From: a phage
Strand: one strand, 5' to 3'
DNA length: 64,000 nucleotides
Sequence record: PZ452602.1
Shown one piece after another: positions 11,811-22,269 of the stretch. The first letter of the stretch is position 1. Each line of letters starts with the position of its first letter. The notes under the pieces were generated by a model, which saw only the letters and a program-made list of their open reading frames with translations, ran no database searches and was not told the origin of the DNA. Made by a program: the position numbers and the translations under genes.

Positions 11811-12541
11811 TAATTTTTCCTCTTTAAAATTCTGCCGCGTTTCCAACCTGGCGGTATAATATCATCTTTACCTATAAGCGTGCATTCACTTCCATTATTA
11901 ATCCATTTCTTACCACGGATTCCTTTATAATCTCTTGGTTGTATTTTGTCAAACTTTGCATCAAGTTGATATGCCCATCTAAATCCATAGGCATATTGAA
12001 ATTTGCCCTCAGCGCAATATTTGATATTTGACCCGTTTCCATTAACTGACCTGGACGCTGCCGCAATAGAGTGAAAGGTTTCTATGAAATCCCCATCTAA
12101 TGAGAATTTATGTATTTCGATAGATGGGCATGCATACCTATTCACGTTTGATACATGTTGTTTAGTTTCGTTTTTATGATGCTTGCCTAACATTCCTCTA
12201 GGATGAGGATTATTTTTCCAATATTTCTTAAAGAAATCAGAATTAGCTTTAGCAAATAATTTTCTGTGCAAGCTATACAATCTGTTATTAATTCTATTAC
12301 CAGCTTTATCTGTTGCCATTAACGTTAACGCAGAGGCAAGCCCAAAATGGCCTTCATTTATCTTACATAGTAATAGATGCGCTATAAAATGTTCTCTAGC
12401 TGTTAATTCAACTAAATTTTCTTTATCATCAGAACCTCCCATGCATTTAGGGACTATATGATGTGTCTCTTTATATTCGGATAAAGGTTCCCGAGCCTGA
12501 GCTCGGGAAATTAGGTCGTTATAGATTTTTTGATAATTCAT
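11810..12541 (-). CDS. mobE: free-standing HNH endonuclease (mobE-like, 243 aa)
   Basis: HNH motif HHIVPKCMGGSDDKENLVELTAREHFIAH; basic C-terminal tail; nested between nrdA and nrdB with 1-nt start/stop overlaps on both sides. Confidence 0.75.
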   Translation of the reverse strand: MNYQKIYNDLISRAQAREPLSEYKETHHIVPKCMGGSDDKENLVELTAREHFIAHLLLCKINEGHFGLASALTLMATDKAGNRINNRLYSLHRKLFAKANSDFFKKYWKNNPHPRGMLGKHHKNETKQHVSNVNRYACPSIEIHKFSLDGDFIETFHSIAAASRSVNGNGSNIKYCAEGKFQYAYGFRWAYQLDAKFDKIQPRDYKGIRGKKWINNGSECTLIGKDDIIPPGWKRGRILKRKN

Positions 12542-14805
12542 TACAATTTACACGCTGCACAATCGTCGGCTTTAGGAGTTTCGATTTCATAATCATCAGT
12601 ACCAGAACCATCGCGGGTATTATGATAATAGAAATTTTTAATGCCATAATACCATCCGTATAGCATATCATCAATCATTATTGACATTGGAACCTTTCCT
12701 TTTGGAAAAATCTGCGGGTCATAGTATGTATTCGCTGAAGCTGATTGACATACCCATTTCAGCATAATAGCTACCTGCGTAAGATAAGGTTTATTACCTT
12801 TCTTAGCTAATTTCCATGTATAATCATAGAGGTCTATGTTATGCTCAATATTGGGCACGACTTGATTAAAGGAGCCCTCTTTTGATTCTTTAACAGAGAC
12901 TGGTCCACGTGGAGGCTCGATACCGTTTGTACTGTTAGAAACTTGGGAAGATGACTCACATGGCATAAGTGCTGATAATGTGCTATTACGGATGCCAAAG
13001 AGCTTAAGGTCTTCCCGCAGCGACGACCAGTCACAAACGTATTTTGGAGCTGCGATTTGGTCAATCTTTTTATTGTACCAGTCGATAGGTAATTCGCCTC
13101 GAGACCAACGAGTGTCTGAATAATATTCACAAGGTCCTTTTTCTTTGGCGAGCTTAATGGATGCTTTAATGAGTCCATACTGTAATCTCTCAAATAGTTC
13201 ATGTGTTAAATCGTTAGCATCTTCATAAGAAGCAAAGTTACTTGCCAGCCAAGCTGCATAGTTAGTAACACCTACACCGAGGTTACGACGCTTTTTAGCT
13301 TTTTCTGCTTCATGAACTGGATATCCTTGGTAATCCAAAAGATTATCAAGAGCACGAACTTGGACTTCTGCCAATTCATTAATTTTATCTTGGTCTTGCC
13401 AGTCAAAATTATCCAGTACGAATGCAGAGAGAGTACACAATCCAATTTCAGCATCAGGACTATTCACATCATTTGTTGGAATAGCAATTTCACAGCACAA
13501 GTTACTCTGACGAATAGGTGCCTTTTCACGAATAAACGGAGTATAGTTATTCGTATTATCAATGAACTGCACATAAATCCTTGCTGTTCCTGAACGTTCA
13601 GTCATGAGCAATTCAAATAGTTCACGGGCTTTAATACGCTTTTTACGAATATTAGGGTCTTTTTCTGCTGCTTCGTATAATTCACGGAAACGGTCTTGGT
13701 CTTTAAAATAAGAATAATACAGCTCTCCACCCATTTCATGTGGACTGAACAAAGTAATGTAATCGTTCTTTCCGAATCGTTCCATCATCAAATCATTCAG
13801 CTGAACGCCATAATCCATATGACGAATGCGGTTTTCTTCTACGCCTTTGTTATTTTTCAAAACGAGAAGATTTTCAACTTCCAAATGCCAAATAGGATAA
13901 TAAGCAGTAGCAGCGCCGCCACGAATTCCACCCTGTGAACATGATTTAACTGCAGTCTGAAAATGTTTCCAAAAAGGAATAACACCAGTATGGCGTACTT
14001 CACCCATGCCAATCTTAGAACCTTCGGCACGAATCATACCAACGTTAATACCAATTCCAGCACGTTTGGAGATATATTCAACAATTGAAGCGGAAGCCTT
14101 ATTGATAGACTTTAATGAATCACCTGCCTCAATAACAACGCATGAACTAAACTGTCGAGTCGGAGTACGGCAACCAGCCATAATAGGAGTTGGCAATGAA
14201 ATCTGTCGAGTAGATACTGCTTCATAAAAACGAATAACGTGTTTTAATCTATCAACAGGTTCATCTTGATGCAATGCCATTCCAATAGTCATAAATGCAA
14301 ACTGTGGAGTTTCATAAATTTGACCGGTGGTTTTATCTTTAACTAGATATTTTTCTTTTAATTGCATCGCCCCGGAATAAGTAAATTCCATATCCCGCTC
14401 GTGCTTAATTTTTGATTCTAAAAATGTAATTTCTTCTGCTGAATATTTTGACAATAATTCAGGGTCGTATTTACCTTCATTTACGCAATAAGAAATATGG
14501 TCAATAAATGAACGTGGTTCATATTGTCCGTAAACATGCTTACGAAGAGCGAACATTAAACAACGTGCAGCTACATATTGATAATCAGGCTCTTCAACCG
14601 AAATAGAATTCGCAGCAGCCTTAATGACAATAGTCTGAATATCATCAGTTGTCATTCCATCACGGAGATAAGATTTAATATTTTCATATAATTCATAAGG
14701 ATCTACTGATGTTCCTTCAGCTGCCCAAGATAAAACTTTAATAATTTTTTGTGGGTCAAAGCTCTGAGAAACACCACTACTTTTGATAACATTAATTAAT
14801 TGCAT
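12541..14805 (-). CDS. nrdA: ribonucleotide reductase large subunit
   Basis: 754 aa; active-site NLCCEI motif and conserved C-terminal CxxC-type tail. Confidence 0.92.
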   Translation of the reverse strand: MQLINVIKSSGVSQSFDPQKIIKVLSWAAEGTSVDPYELYENIKSYLRDGMTTDDIQTIVIKAAANSISVEEPDYQYVAARCLMFALRKHVYGQYEPRSFIDHISYCVNEGKYDPELLSKYSAEEITFLESKIKHERDMEFTYSGAMQLKEKYLVKDKTTGQIYETPQFAFMTIGMALHQDEPVDRLKHVIRFYEAVSTRQISLPTPIMAGCRTPTRQFSSCVVIEAGDSLKSINKASASIVEYISKRAGIGINVGMIRAEGSKIGMGEVRHTGVIPFWKHFQTAVKSCSQGGIRGGAATAYYPIWHLEVENLLVLKNNKGVEENRIRHMDYGVQLNDLMMERFGKNDYITLFSPHEMGGELYYSYFKDQDRFRELYEAAEKDPNIRKKRIKARELFELLMTERSGTARIYVQFIDNTNNYTPFIREKAPIRQSNLCCEIAIPTNDVNSPDAEIGLCTLSAFVLDNFDWQDQDKINELAEVQVRALDNLLDYQGYPVHEAEKAKKRRNLGVGVTNYAAWLASNFASYEDANDLTHELFERLQYGLIKASIKLAKEKGPCEYYSDTRWSRGELPIDWYNKKIDQIAAPKYVCDWSSLREDLKLFGIRNSTLSALMPCESSSQVSNSTNGIEPPRGPVSVKESKEGSFNQVVPNIEHNIDLYDYTWKLAKKGNKPYLTQVAIMLKWVCQSASANTYYDPQIFPKGKVPMSIMIDDMLYGWYYGIKNFYYHNTRDGSGTDDYEIETPKADDCAACKL

Positions 14806-15062
14806 AAGTCCTCAACTTGAAAATCGTCTTTAAACAATCGGTTAACTATATGAGCTATTATATCACCATGACACGGCTTTGGTTTACATGTGCATCCTAG
14901 CCTCATTCCACGTAAAGGCTCTAAATGTGCTTTAGTTATTTCTCCGGATTTAATTCGACGTATAAAATCTTTTTTTGAATAATTCAATGGCAGCCTCCCG
15001 GCTGCCAGCATCTTTACCGACGTAATTTCCCCAAAATGTACCACGGTGAATATTAACATCAA
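14796..15062 (-). CDS. hypothetical protein (88 aa)
   Basis: Track ORF between td and nrdA. Confidence 0.5.
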   Translation of the reverse strand: MMLIFTVVHFGEITSVKMLAAGRLPLNYSKKDFIRRIKSGEITKAHLEPLRGMRLGCTCKPKPCHGDIIAHIVNRLFKDDFQVEDLCN

Positions 15063-15076
15063 AGTCGGATTTATAT

Positions 15077-15352
15077 TTATTCACTACCCGGCATAGACGG
15101 CCCGCGCGGTTGTAGGTGTTCATATTGTTCTTCCGTTAAAACAGTAATATCGTAGTAACAGTCAGAAGAAGTTTTAACTGTGGAAATTTTATTATCAAAA
15201 TACTCACGAGTCATTTTATGAGTATAGTATTTTTTACCATAAATGGTAATAGGCTGTTCTGGTCCTGGAACTTCTAACTCGCTTGGGTTAGGAAGTGTAA
15301 AAAGAACAACGCCAGAAGTATCTTTAAATCGTAAAATCATACATCCTCGCAA
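15077..15352 (-). CDS. hypothetical protein (91 aa)
   Basis: Track ORF between td and nrdA. Confidence 0.5.
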   Translation of the reverse strand: MRGCMILRFKDTSGVVLFTLPNPSELEVPGPEQPITIYGKKYYTHKMTREYFDNKISTVKTSSDCYYDITVLTEEQYEHLQPRGPSMPGSE

Positions 15353-15360
15353 TAATAAAA

Positions 15361-16221
15361 TTACACCGCCATTTTTCCTTTAATTGGCAGATGAGATACA
15401 TAGTTGTTAAGAACAAAATTATGAGGCTTTGCAAATTGACTCAACCAAAATACCTGCGATTCTGTGTCCCATTCATCAAATTCATCTGGAAATTTTAATT
15501 GTAATTCGCATAAATCCATAGGTTCACGACGTAAAATTTCTTTACATTGTTCTACGTGATTCATATAGATATGAGTATTACCACCAGAAAATATCAAATC
15601 TCCAGGAATAAGATTACACATTTTAGCTACAATATGAACTAACGTAGCATATGATGCAATATTAAATGGAAGACCGAGGAAAACATCTACCGAACGTTGA
15701 TACCACTGCAAATCTAAATAGCCATTACGCACATTAAACTGATAGAACATATGACAAGGCGGTAATGCCATATATTTAAGTTCAGCTGGATTCCACGCAG
15801 AAACAATTTGACGCCTATCATTTGGCAGTTTTTTAATACGATCAACAACTTCTATAATTTGGTCTACACCGCCAAAATCACGCCACTGTTTTCCATAAAT
15901 TGGACCAAGTTCACCGCTATGATATCCTAAATCTTTTGCCTGATTTTCGTAATTTTCATCCCAGACTGTTTTACCTTGGATTAACGAATCGTGTTGAATT
16001 AATCGTAAATCATTGACATTTGTGCTTCCTGATAAAAACCATATTAGCTCAGCAATGCATGCATTCCAGGCGAGCTTTTTAGTTGTTACTGCAGGAAAGC
16101 CTTTAGTTAAATCCCAACGCAATTTAGTACCGAACAGAGCAATTGTTCCTGTGCCTGTGCGATCATCGGTTTCATAGCCATTTTCAAAAATGTCTTTAAT
16201 TAAATCTTGGTATTGTTTCAT
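15361..16221 (-). CDS. td: thymidylate synthase
   Basis: 286 aa; active-site [10 protein letters not shown]; continuous ORF, no intron. Confidence 0.92.
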   Translation of the reverse strand: MKQYQDLIKDIFENGYETDDRTGTGTIALFGTKLRWDLTKGFPAVTTKKLAWNACIAELIWFLSGSTNVNDLRLIQHDSLIQGKTVWDENYENQAKDLGYHSGELGPIYGKQWRDFGGVDQIIEVVDRIKKLPNDRRQIVSAWNPAELKYMALPPCHMFYQFNVRNGYLDLQWYQRSVDVFLGLPFNIASYATLVHIVAKMCNLIPGDLIFSGGNTHIYMNHVEQCKEILRREPMDLCELQLKFPDEFDEWDTESQVFWLSQFAKPHNFVLNNYVSHLPIKGKMAV

Positions 16222-16266
16222 TTAGTACCTTATATAAATTATAATACATTTTATGAAGCTAAATAA

Positions 16267-17463
<1,197 letters not shown>

Positions 17464-17474
17464 ATTATCTCCTA

Positions 17475-17807
17475 TTAAAAAGGATCAGGAACATATCCGC
17501 TAGCTTTAATCATTTTAATTAACGTTAACATTCCTTTGTTAACTGCTCGTGAGATTTCATCAAAAACTTCATCACTAAAAAGTTCTAACACGCCCTTCTG
17601 AACTTTTAATTTACAGCCAACAATTTCTTCATCGCCTATAGTAAATTCATTACCACCAATTCCACCGAAAAACTTAATTACACCAGTTAACTGTCTTCCA
17701 CGAGAATATGGGTCGTGTGATAAAGTAATATGAGTCACCCCGGGTACAGTTTTAAATTGGCAGCGAATATTTACTTGTGAAATTCCAGTTACATGAATGT
17801 CAGACAT
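17475..17807 (-). CDS. hypothetical protein (110 aa)
   Basis: Track ORF. Confidence 0.5.
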   Translation of the reverse strand: MSDIHVTGISQVNIRCQFKTVPGVTHITLSHDPYSRGRQLTGVIKFFGGIGGNEFTIGDEEIVGCKLKVQKGVLELFSDEVFDEISRAVNKGMLTLIKMIKASGYVPDPF

Positions 17808-17817
17808 AATATTTTCC

Positions 17818-18060
17818 TCAAATAGACTTTTTCACAATTTTCCAATCAGCTTTAAACTGATCAACGTCAGAATGATAAATCCAGAATCCTGCGCTTTCTC
17901 CATCCTCATAAAGAGGGCATCTATCACATTCATCTTCCCATCCCATATCACGCAAAAGATGTTCAGCTTTTTCAACAAGTTCAGAATCTTTACCGATGAT
18001 ATTAAAATACCATTTACCTTTAACTTCCGAATCTTTGATGCTCTGACGTTGTAATCTCAT
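17818..18060 (-). CDS. hypothetical protein (80 aa)
   Basis: Track ORF. Confidence 0.5.
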   Translation of the reverse strand: MRLQRQSIKDSEVKGKWYFNIIGKDSELVEKAEHLLRDMGWEDECDRCPLYEDGESAGFWIYHSDVDQFKADWKIVKKSI

Positions 18061-18168
18061 TTTATTCTCCTTAGCAAGCTTTAATCAAAAGATATAAACA
18101 GACCAACATAACTGCTGCCATAATATAAGGTGCGAACATTTTCTTTTCTCCATTAGTTTTGATAGGGT

Positions 18169-18199
18169 AATAGTATCACACTACTACCCTTCTGTAAAC
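18169..18199 (-). promoter_or_regulatory. T4-type early promoter
   Basis: GTTTAC at 18194-18199 (minus), 17-18 nt spacer, TACTAT; inverted repeat around -10. Confidence 0.45.
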
Positions 18200-18579
18200 T
18201 ACTTTTTGAAAGTTTTTCGCAAAAGTTCAATGATTTCATCTACATTGTTTTCGTCAACAATGCAGTGAATTTTTGTTACGCCAGAAACCTTGTCTTTGAC
18301 TTCATCTTCTTCAGAAGTCGGTTCTTTATACTCACGAAAACAATGAAATTCATCTTCGCAAATTTCTAAAAGTCTATCTTTGAGGTAAAAATGCTTTCCA
18401 TTTGCGCATTCAATGTGTTTTACTGCTTTATATCCATTAGCGACGGAAACTTCTTTAACTTCAAACCATCCGCCATTATCTCGAATAGCTTTAACGATTG
18501 ATGAATTAGAACGTGGGCTATAATTAATAAATGTATCAATAAGTCTTGGAACAAGTTCATACTTTTTGCCAATATACAT
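18199..18579 (-). CDS. hypothetical protein (126 aa)
   Basis: Track ORF. Confidence 0.5.
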   Translation of the reverse strand: MYIGKKYELVPRLIDTFINYSPRSNSSIVKAIRDNGGWFEVKEVSVANGYKAVKHIECANGKHFYLKDRLLEICEDEFHCFREYKEPTSEEDEVKDKVSGVTKIHCIVDENNVDEIIELLRKTFKK

Positions 18580-18622
18580 TACGTTTCCTCATTTTGATAG
18601 GGGCTTGATAGCCCCTTGATAA

Positions 18623-18850
18623 TTATTGTTCAATCAGTCCCATGTAAAATTCTGCGTCTTCGGCATCCATGCCATCACAATATTCATTAGCCATAAAGCG
18701 GGTGAGGTCTTCAAGAGGACCTTCAACAACAATTTGAATACTCCAAAATTTAGAATCTTGCACACTTGTGATACTAAGTTCAGGATAACGATTACGAATA
18801 ATCTCTTCAATATATTCAAAATCAACAATGTCAATATCAACTTTAGCCAT
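18623..18850 (-). CDS. hypothetical acidic protein (75 aa)
   Basis: Track ORF trimmed to ATG at 18850 with RBS AGAGGAAA; the longer track start would overlap the promoter at 18892-18923. Confidence 0.5.
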   Translation of the reverse strand: MAKVDIDIVDFEYIEEIIRNRYPELSITSVQDSKFWSIQIVVEGPLEDLTRFMANEYCDGMDAEDAEFYMGLIEQ

Positions 18851-18891
18851 ATTATTTTCCTCTTTAATCATCAGCAGTATTGCCGATAGTT

Positions 18892-18923
18892 GTATAGTAC
18901 CATGGAAGGACAAGGATGTAAAC
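18892..18923 (-). promoter_or_regulatory. T4-type early promoter (PeSL-like cassette with terminator 18943-18973)
   Basis: Minus-strand AAAAATTTTTTT UP-like tract, GTTTAC (18918-18923), 17 nt, GTACTATAC. Confidence 0.55.
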
Positions 18924-18942
18924 CGTTTTGTGAAAAAAATTT

Positions 18943-18973
18943 TTGAAATAAAAAGGGGACCTCTAGGGTCCCC
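18943..18973 (-). terminator. Intrinsic terminator downstream of gene 32
   Basis: 7-bp GC stem GGGGACC/GGTCCCC followed by UUUUUAUUU on minus strand. Confidence 0.6.
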
Positions 18974-18995
18974 AATTAATTAGTAATATAATCTA

Positions 18996-19904
18996 TTAAA
19001 GGTCATTCAAAAGGTCATCCAGGTCCGTGTCATCAGCACTAGATGAACTACCAGAGCTTGAGCTCATAAAATCATCTTCAGTTTTTGTATTGAAGTCATC
19101 AACATTGAATGCATCCAAATCATCAGCAACTTTATCAGCTTTCTTAGCAGCAGTTGCAGCGGCACCGCCCATCACAGCAGTTCCCATAACTTGACCGAAT
19201 TTAGTATTCAGTTCTTCAAACGATTTGAATTTATCTTTAGAAGTCATTTCAGAAAGGTCAACCATTTGTTCGAACAGTTCTTTCTGAAAAGATTCATCGT
19301 CAATGTTTGGAATCGCAGATTGATTCAGGAATTTAGATTCGTCGTAGTTACTAAATCCAGAAACTTGTTTAACTTTCAGTACAAAGTTAGCACCTTCCCA
19401 CGGACAAGTTACATCAACCGGAGTTTCACCCATTTCAACATCAACTGCAATCATTGCGTTGATTTTATCCCAGATTTTCTTACCGAAACGGTATTTAAAT
19501 ACTTTACCTTCATTTTCTGGAGCAGCTGGGTCTTTTACTACAAGAATGTTAGCCCAGTAAGAAGTTTTACGTTTAACAAGACTGTACTCTTTATTGTCAG
19601 TGTTGTACAAATCATTTTTACTGATGTACTGACATACTGGACAAGAATCGTAATCACCGTGGGTAGATGAGCAATTTTCGATATACCATTTACCGTTTTT
19701 CTTGAAACCGTGATTTACAAGAATTGCGAATGGTGCTTGTTCATCATTTTTAGACGGAAGAAAACGAATTACTGCTTGACCGTTACCCGCATTGTCGAGT
19801 TTCAGTTTCCACTCGCCTTTATCTTCAGAAGAAAAACCACCTTTATTTCCAGCCAATTTAGCCATTTGTGCAGCGAGTTCAGCAGTAGATTTACGTTTAA
19901 ACAT
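18996..19904 (-). CDS. 32: single-stranded DNA-binding protein gp32
   Basis: 301 aa; zinc site [14 protein letters not shown]; acidic C-terminus; sequence matches recalled T4 gp32. Confidence 0.93.
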   Translation of the reverse strand: MFKRKSTAELAAQMAKLAGNKGGFSSEDKGEWKLKLDNAGNGQAVIRFLPSKNDEQAPFAILVNHGFKKNGKWYIENCSSTHGDYDSCPVCQYISKNDLYNTDNKEYSLVKRKTSYWANILVVKDPAAPENEGKVFKYRFGKKIWDKINAMIAVDVEMGETPVDVTCPWEGANFVLKVKQVSGFSNYDESKFLNQSAIPNIDDESFQKELFEQMVDLSEMTSKDKFKSFEELNTKFGQVMGTAVMGGAAATAAKKADKVADDLDAFNVDDFNTKTEDDFMSSSSGSSSSADDTDLDDLLNDL

Positions 19905-19975
19905 TTTTATTTCCTTTTTAATTTAATTAACAGTTGGTGCTATGACGATGTATGACCTCATAGCTGGTCAGTGAG

Positions 19976-20006
19976 ATAATTATAATCTATTTATAATAAG
20001 CAATTA
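19976..20006 (-). promoter_or_regulatory. Composite promoter for gene 32: MotA-box middle promoter overlapping a late TATAAATA
   Basis: Minus-strand TTGCTTA (MotA box), 12 nt containing TATAAATA (19988-19995), then TATAAT. Confidence 0.5.
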
Positions 20007-20657
20007 ATACTTGCAAGATTTCACAGTTTCAATAAAAACACTTTTAGCTTTCTGTGAATCAATATTTAAAATTTTTCTATAAGCCTTTAACTTTATAGAA
20101 TAATTATTCCAGACTAAATTATCAGTCTGTTCATCATGTTTATCAATTATATTTAAAAACGAATCAAGCAAGATAAACGTCTCAAACGAAATTATATTCG
20201 ATTGAAGTAGTTTAAAAATATAACTTGATTGAACTTTTGGATTATACTCAAAGATTTCTTTAAAAGCAGAAACTTCAACTTTTTTACTAAAATAATAAAT
20301 GTTGCGAATATCTTCTTCAAACTTAAATTTAATTTGCTTTAAGCGTCCGATATATTCACGATAAAACACAAGTGCATCAGCGTCAGAGATGTCACCAATC
20401 CAAGCATCTTGGTTAGCAACCAAATTGCTTATAAAGATTAAAGCAAGTTCCTTTAATTTATATTTTTCTGATAACTTCTGGAAAAAATACTTATCCCTTC
20501 GCTTTTGATAAGCGGCATCAGACACCCGCATGCACCAATTATACTTAATAACATCATACTTTCCATTCATATGTTGTTTTATCATTAAGTATAATTTATA
20601 AACTGATTTACCATCAATGTATCTTTCACCACCAGCAGGCATGCGGAGTTTAATCAT
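20004..20657 (-). CDS. 59: helicase loader gp59
   Basis: 217 aa, sequence matches recalled T4 gp59. Confidence 0.88.
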   Translation of the reverse strand: MIKLRMPAGGERYIDGKSVYKLYLMIKQHMNGKYDVIKYNWCMRVSDAAYQKRRDKYFFQKLSEKYKLKELALIFISNLVANQDAWIGDISDADALVFYREYIGRLKQIKFKFEEDIRNIYYFSKKVEVSAFKEIFEYNPKVQSSYIFKLLQSNIISFETFILLDSFLNIIDKHDEQTDNLVWNNYSIKLKAYRKILNIDSQKAKSVFIETVKSCKY

Positions 20658-20992
20658 AGCAGAAAATCTAATGTATTAGTTTTTTCACAACGAACAACAG
20701 AAGGACGTAAAAGATTTTCGTCAATAGCTTCTGACTGAATTTTTTCAATTATACCCGAAGGAATAAATTTAGCAAATTGAGTTTCAGGAATAGAGTTTTC
20801 TTCCAAGAATGCTGTCGTAGCTTCAAGATAACTCATTCCAAACTCTTCTACCATTTTTTCAATAATAAATCCATTTTCTTGACGATCAAGAAGCTTTGCT
20901 ATTTCATCCTTTTCTTTTTTGATTGAAAGTTCTTTTTCTGAAAGACCGGTCTCATCGACCGGACGAATATCATTTAGAGAAAACTGTGTCAT
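20654..20992 (-). CDS. 33: late transcription co-activator gp33
   Basis: 112 aa from MTQFSLNDIR; position between 59 and dsbA. Confidence 0.75.
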   Translation of the reverse strand: MTQFSLNDIRPVDETGLSEKELSIKKEKDEIAKLLDRQENGFIIEKMVEEFGMSYLEATTAFLEENSIPETQFAKFIPSGIIEKIQSEAIDENLLRPSVVRCEKTNTLDFLL

Positions 20993-21239
20993 AAAGTTCA
21001 ACTACCTCTTCAGTTTCAGCTTCAAACACATCACGGTTATCTTTATGATACAAAGCTAACAGACGATTAAACATCTTGCCATCAACACCAAGTTCATCTT
21101 TGGCACGAATTCGAATATCTTTAATCAGTTCATTATAACCGGAAATTTTCAGTTTATGATCAGATGCTTCTTTAATAAATTTAGCCAAGTCTTCGCCATG
21201 GATAGCTTCATCAAATTCAACCATTTCTTTTTTAGCCAT
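20970..21239 (-). CDS. dsbA: dsDNA-binding protein DsbA
   Basis: 89 aa; position and sequence consistent with T4 DsbA. Confidence 0.7.
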   Translation of the reverse strand: MAKKEMVEFDEAIHGEDLAKFIKEASDHKLKISGYNELIKDIRIRAKDELGVDGKMFNRLLALYHKDNRDVFEAETEEVVELYDTVFSK

Positions 21240-21247
21240 TATTCACC

Positions 21248-22165
21248 TCAAAATTCATTAATGCTATTAGTTAATTTAGAAAGACCCGCTTTTACAAAAT
21301 ATGAATAAATTTTGCCACGCGGTGGTAATTTATATGAATTATAGTAATTCACAATGTTTGAAGCAATATTATCAGGAATATAATCAAAATCAATTAGAAC
21401 TAAATTTTCTTTATAACGATTATATTCAGATTCTGTGAGAAGCACCTTAGCTTGCTCACGGTCATTAGCAATAGCTTCAACGATTGAAGTTTTCATTGAA
21501 GGAGTTCGTTCACCTTCAACTTTGGTAAACCAAAAGTCAGATCGTACTTTAACTGAAGCAACGTTATCCTTTTTGTCGCCTTTAAGGATTTTAGTCATGC
21601 AATCAATTTCAGCAGAACCGCTTTTAATTTTAACCCATTTCTTATGCATCGGTGACCATTGCTTAACATTTGGGTATTTGTGAAGCTGTGTAAAGTCACC
21701 ATCCGACGAAATGATTAAAATCTTATGTCCTTCTAAAGAGAACTTTTTAACAAGAACAGCAATATGGTCATCTGCTTCATACTTATCAATATCCATAACA
21801 ATGTATGGCATATAAGCTTTCAATTCATCTATAACTTTATGGCTGGATTCAAAATAACCTTCCCAGTCCCAAGTAGATTCTTCTCGTGCTTTTCCACGGT
21901 TTTTCTTGTAATAATACGCAAAATCACGACGCCAGTATCCAGATTTCGCGTTATCAATACACAGTACAATTTTAGTGTATCCAAGCGTTTTTGCTTTTTT
22001 GACATTAAACTTAATTGAGTTCAATATCAAATGACGAACCATTGATAAATTAATTTTTTCTTTATCTGGGAAGTTTACCAAAGCAGTTGAAAGCGCAATT
22101 TGACTAAAGTCAATAAAGCAAATTCCTTCTTTGTAATCTTCATCCAGCATCATTTCTAAATCCAT
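21248..22165 (-). CDS. rnh: RNase H / 5'-3' flap exonuclease
   Basis: 305 aa from MDLEMMLDEDY matches recalled T4 RNase H; track ORF trimmed. Confidence 0.88.
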   Translation of the reverse strand: MDLEMMLDEDYKEGICFIDFSQIALSTALVNFPDKEKINLSMVRHLILNSIKFNVKKAKTLGYTKIVLCIDNAKSGYWRRDFAYYYKKNRGKAREESTWDWEGYFESSHKVIDELKAYMPYIVMDIDKYEADDHIAVLVKKFSLEGHKILIISSDGDFTQLHKYPNVKQWSPMHKKWVKIKSGSAEIDCMTKILKGDKKDNVASVKVRSDFWFTKVEGERTPSMKTSIVEAIANDREQAKVLLTESEYNRYKENLVLIDFDYIPDNIASNIVNYYNSYKLPPRGKIYSYFVKAGLSKLTNSINEF

Positions 22166-22193
22166 ATGAACCTCGTTCAATTAGTGAGATTTC

Positions 22194-22224
22194 TATTATA
22201 TACCATCCAAATCTTAAAGTAAAC
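22194..22224 (-). promoter_or_regulatory. T4-type early promoter for rnh, divergent from the gene 34 late promoter
   Basis: Minus-strand GTTTAC (22219-22224), spacer, TATAAT. Confidence 0.45.
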
Positions 22225-22227
22225 AAG

Positions 22228-22235
22228 TATAAATA
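22228..22235 (+). promoter_or_regulatory. late promoter TATAAATA for gene 34
   Basis: Exact TATAAATA 35 nt upstream of gene 34 ATG. Confidence 0.7.
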
Positions 22236-22269
22236 CTTATTATTGAAAACACAATAGGAGCCCGGGAGA

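Noticed and set aside
11872-12066. 64-aa ORF in an alternative frame inside the HNH endonuclease gene
   Set aside because: Same strand, overlapping frame, no start context; the HNH frame has the recognisable motif.
15361-16221. Group I intron with homing endonuclease in td (and in nrdB at 10632-11810)
   Set aside because: Both reading frames are uninterrupted at full length, so no intron is present.
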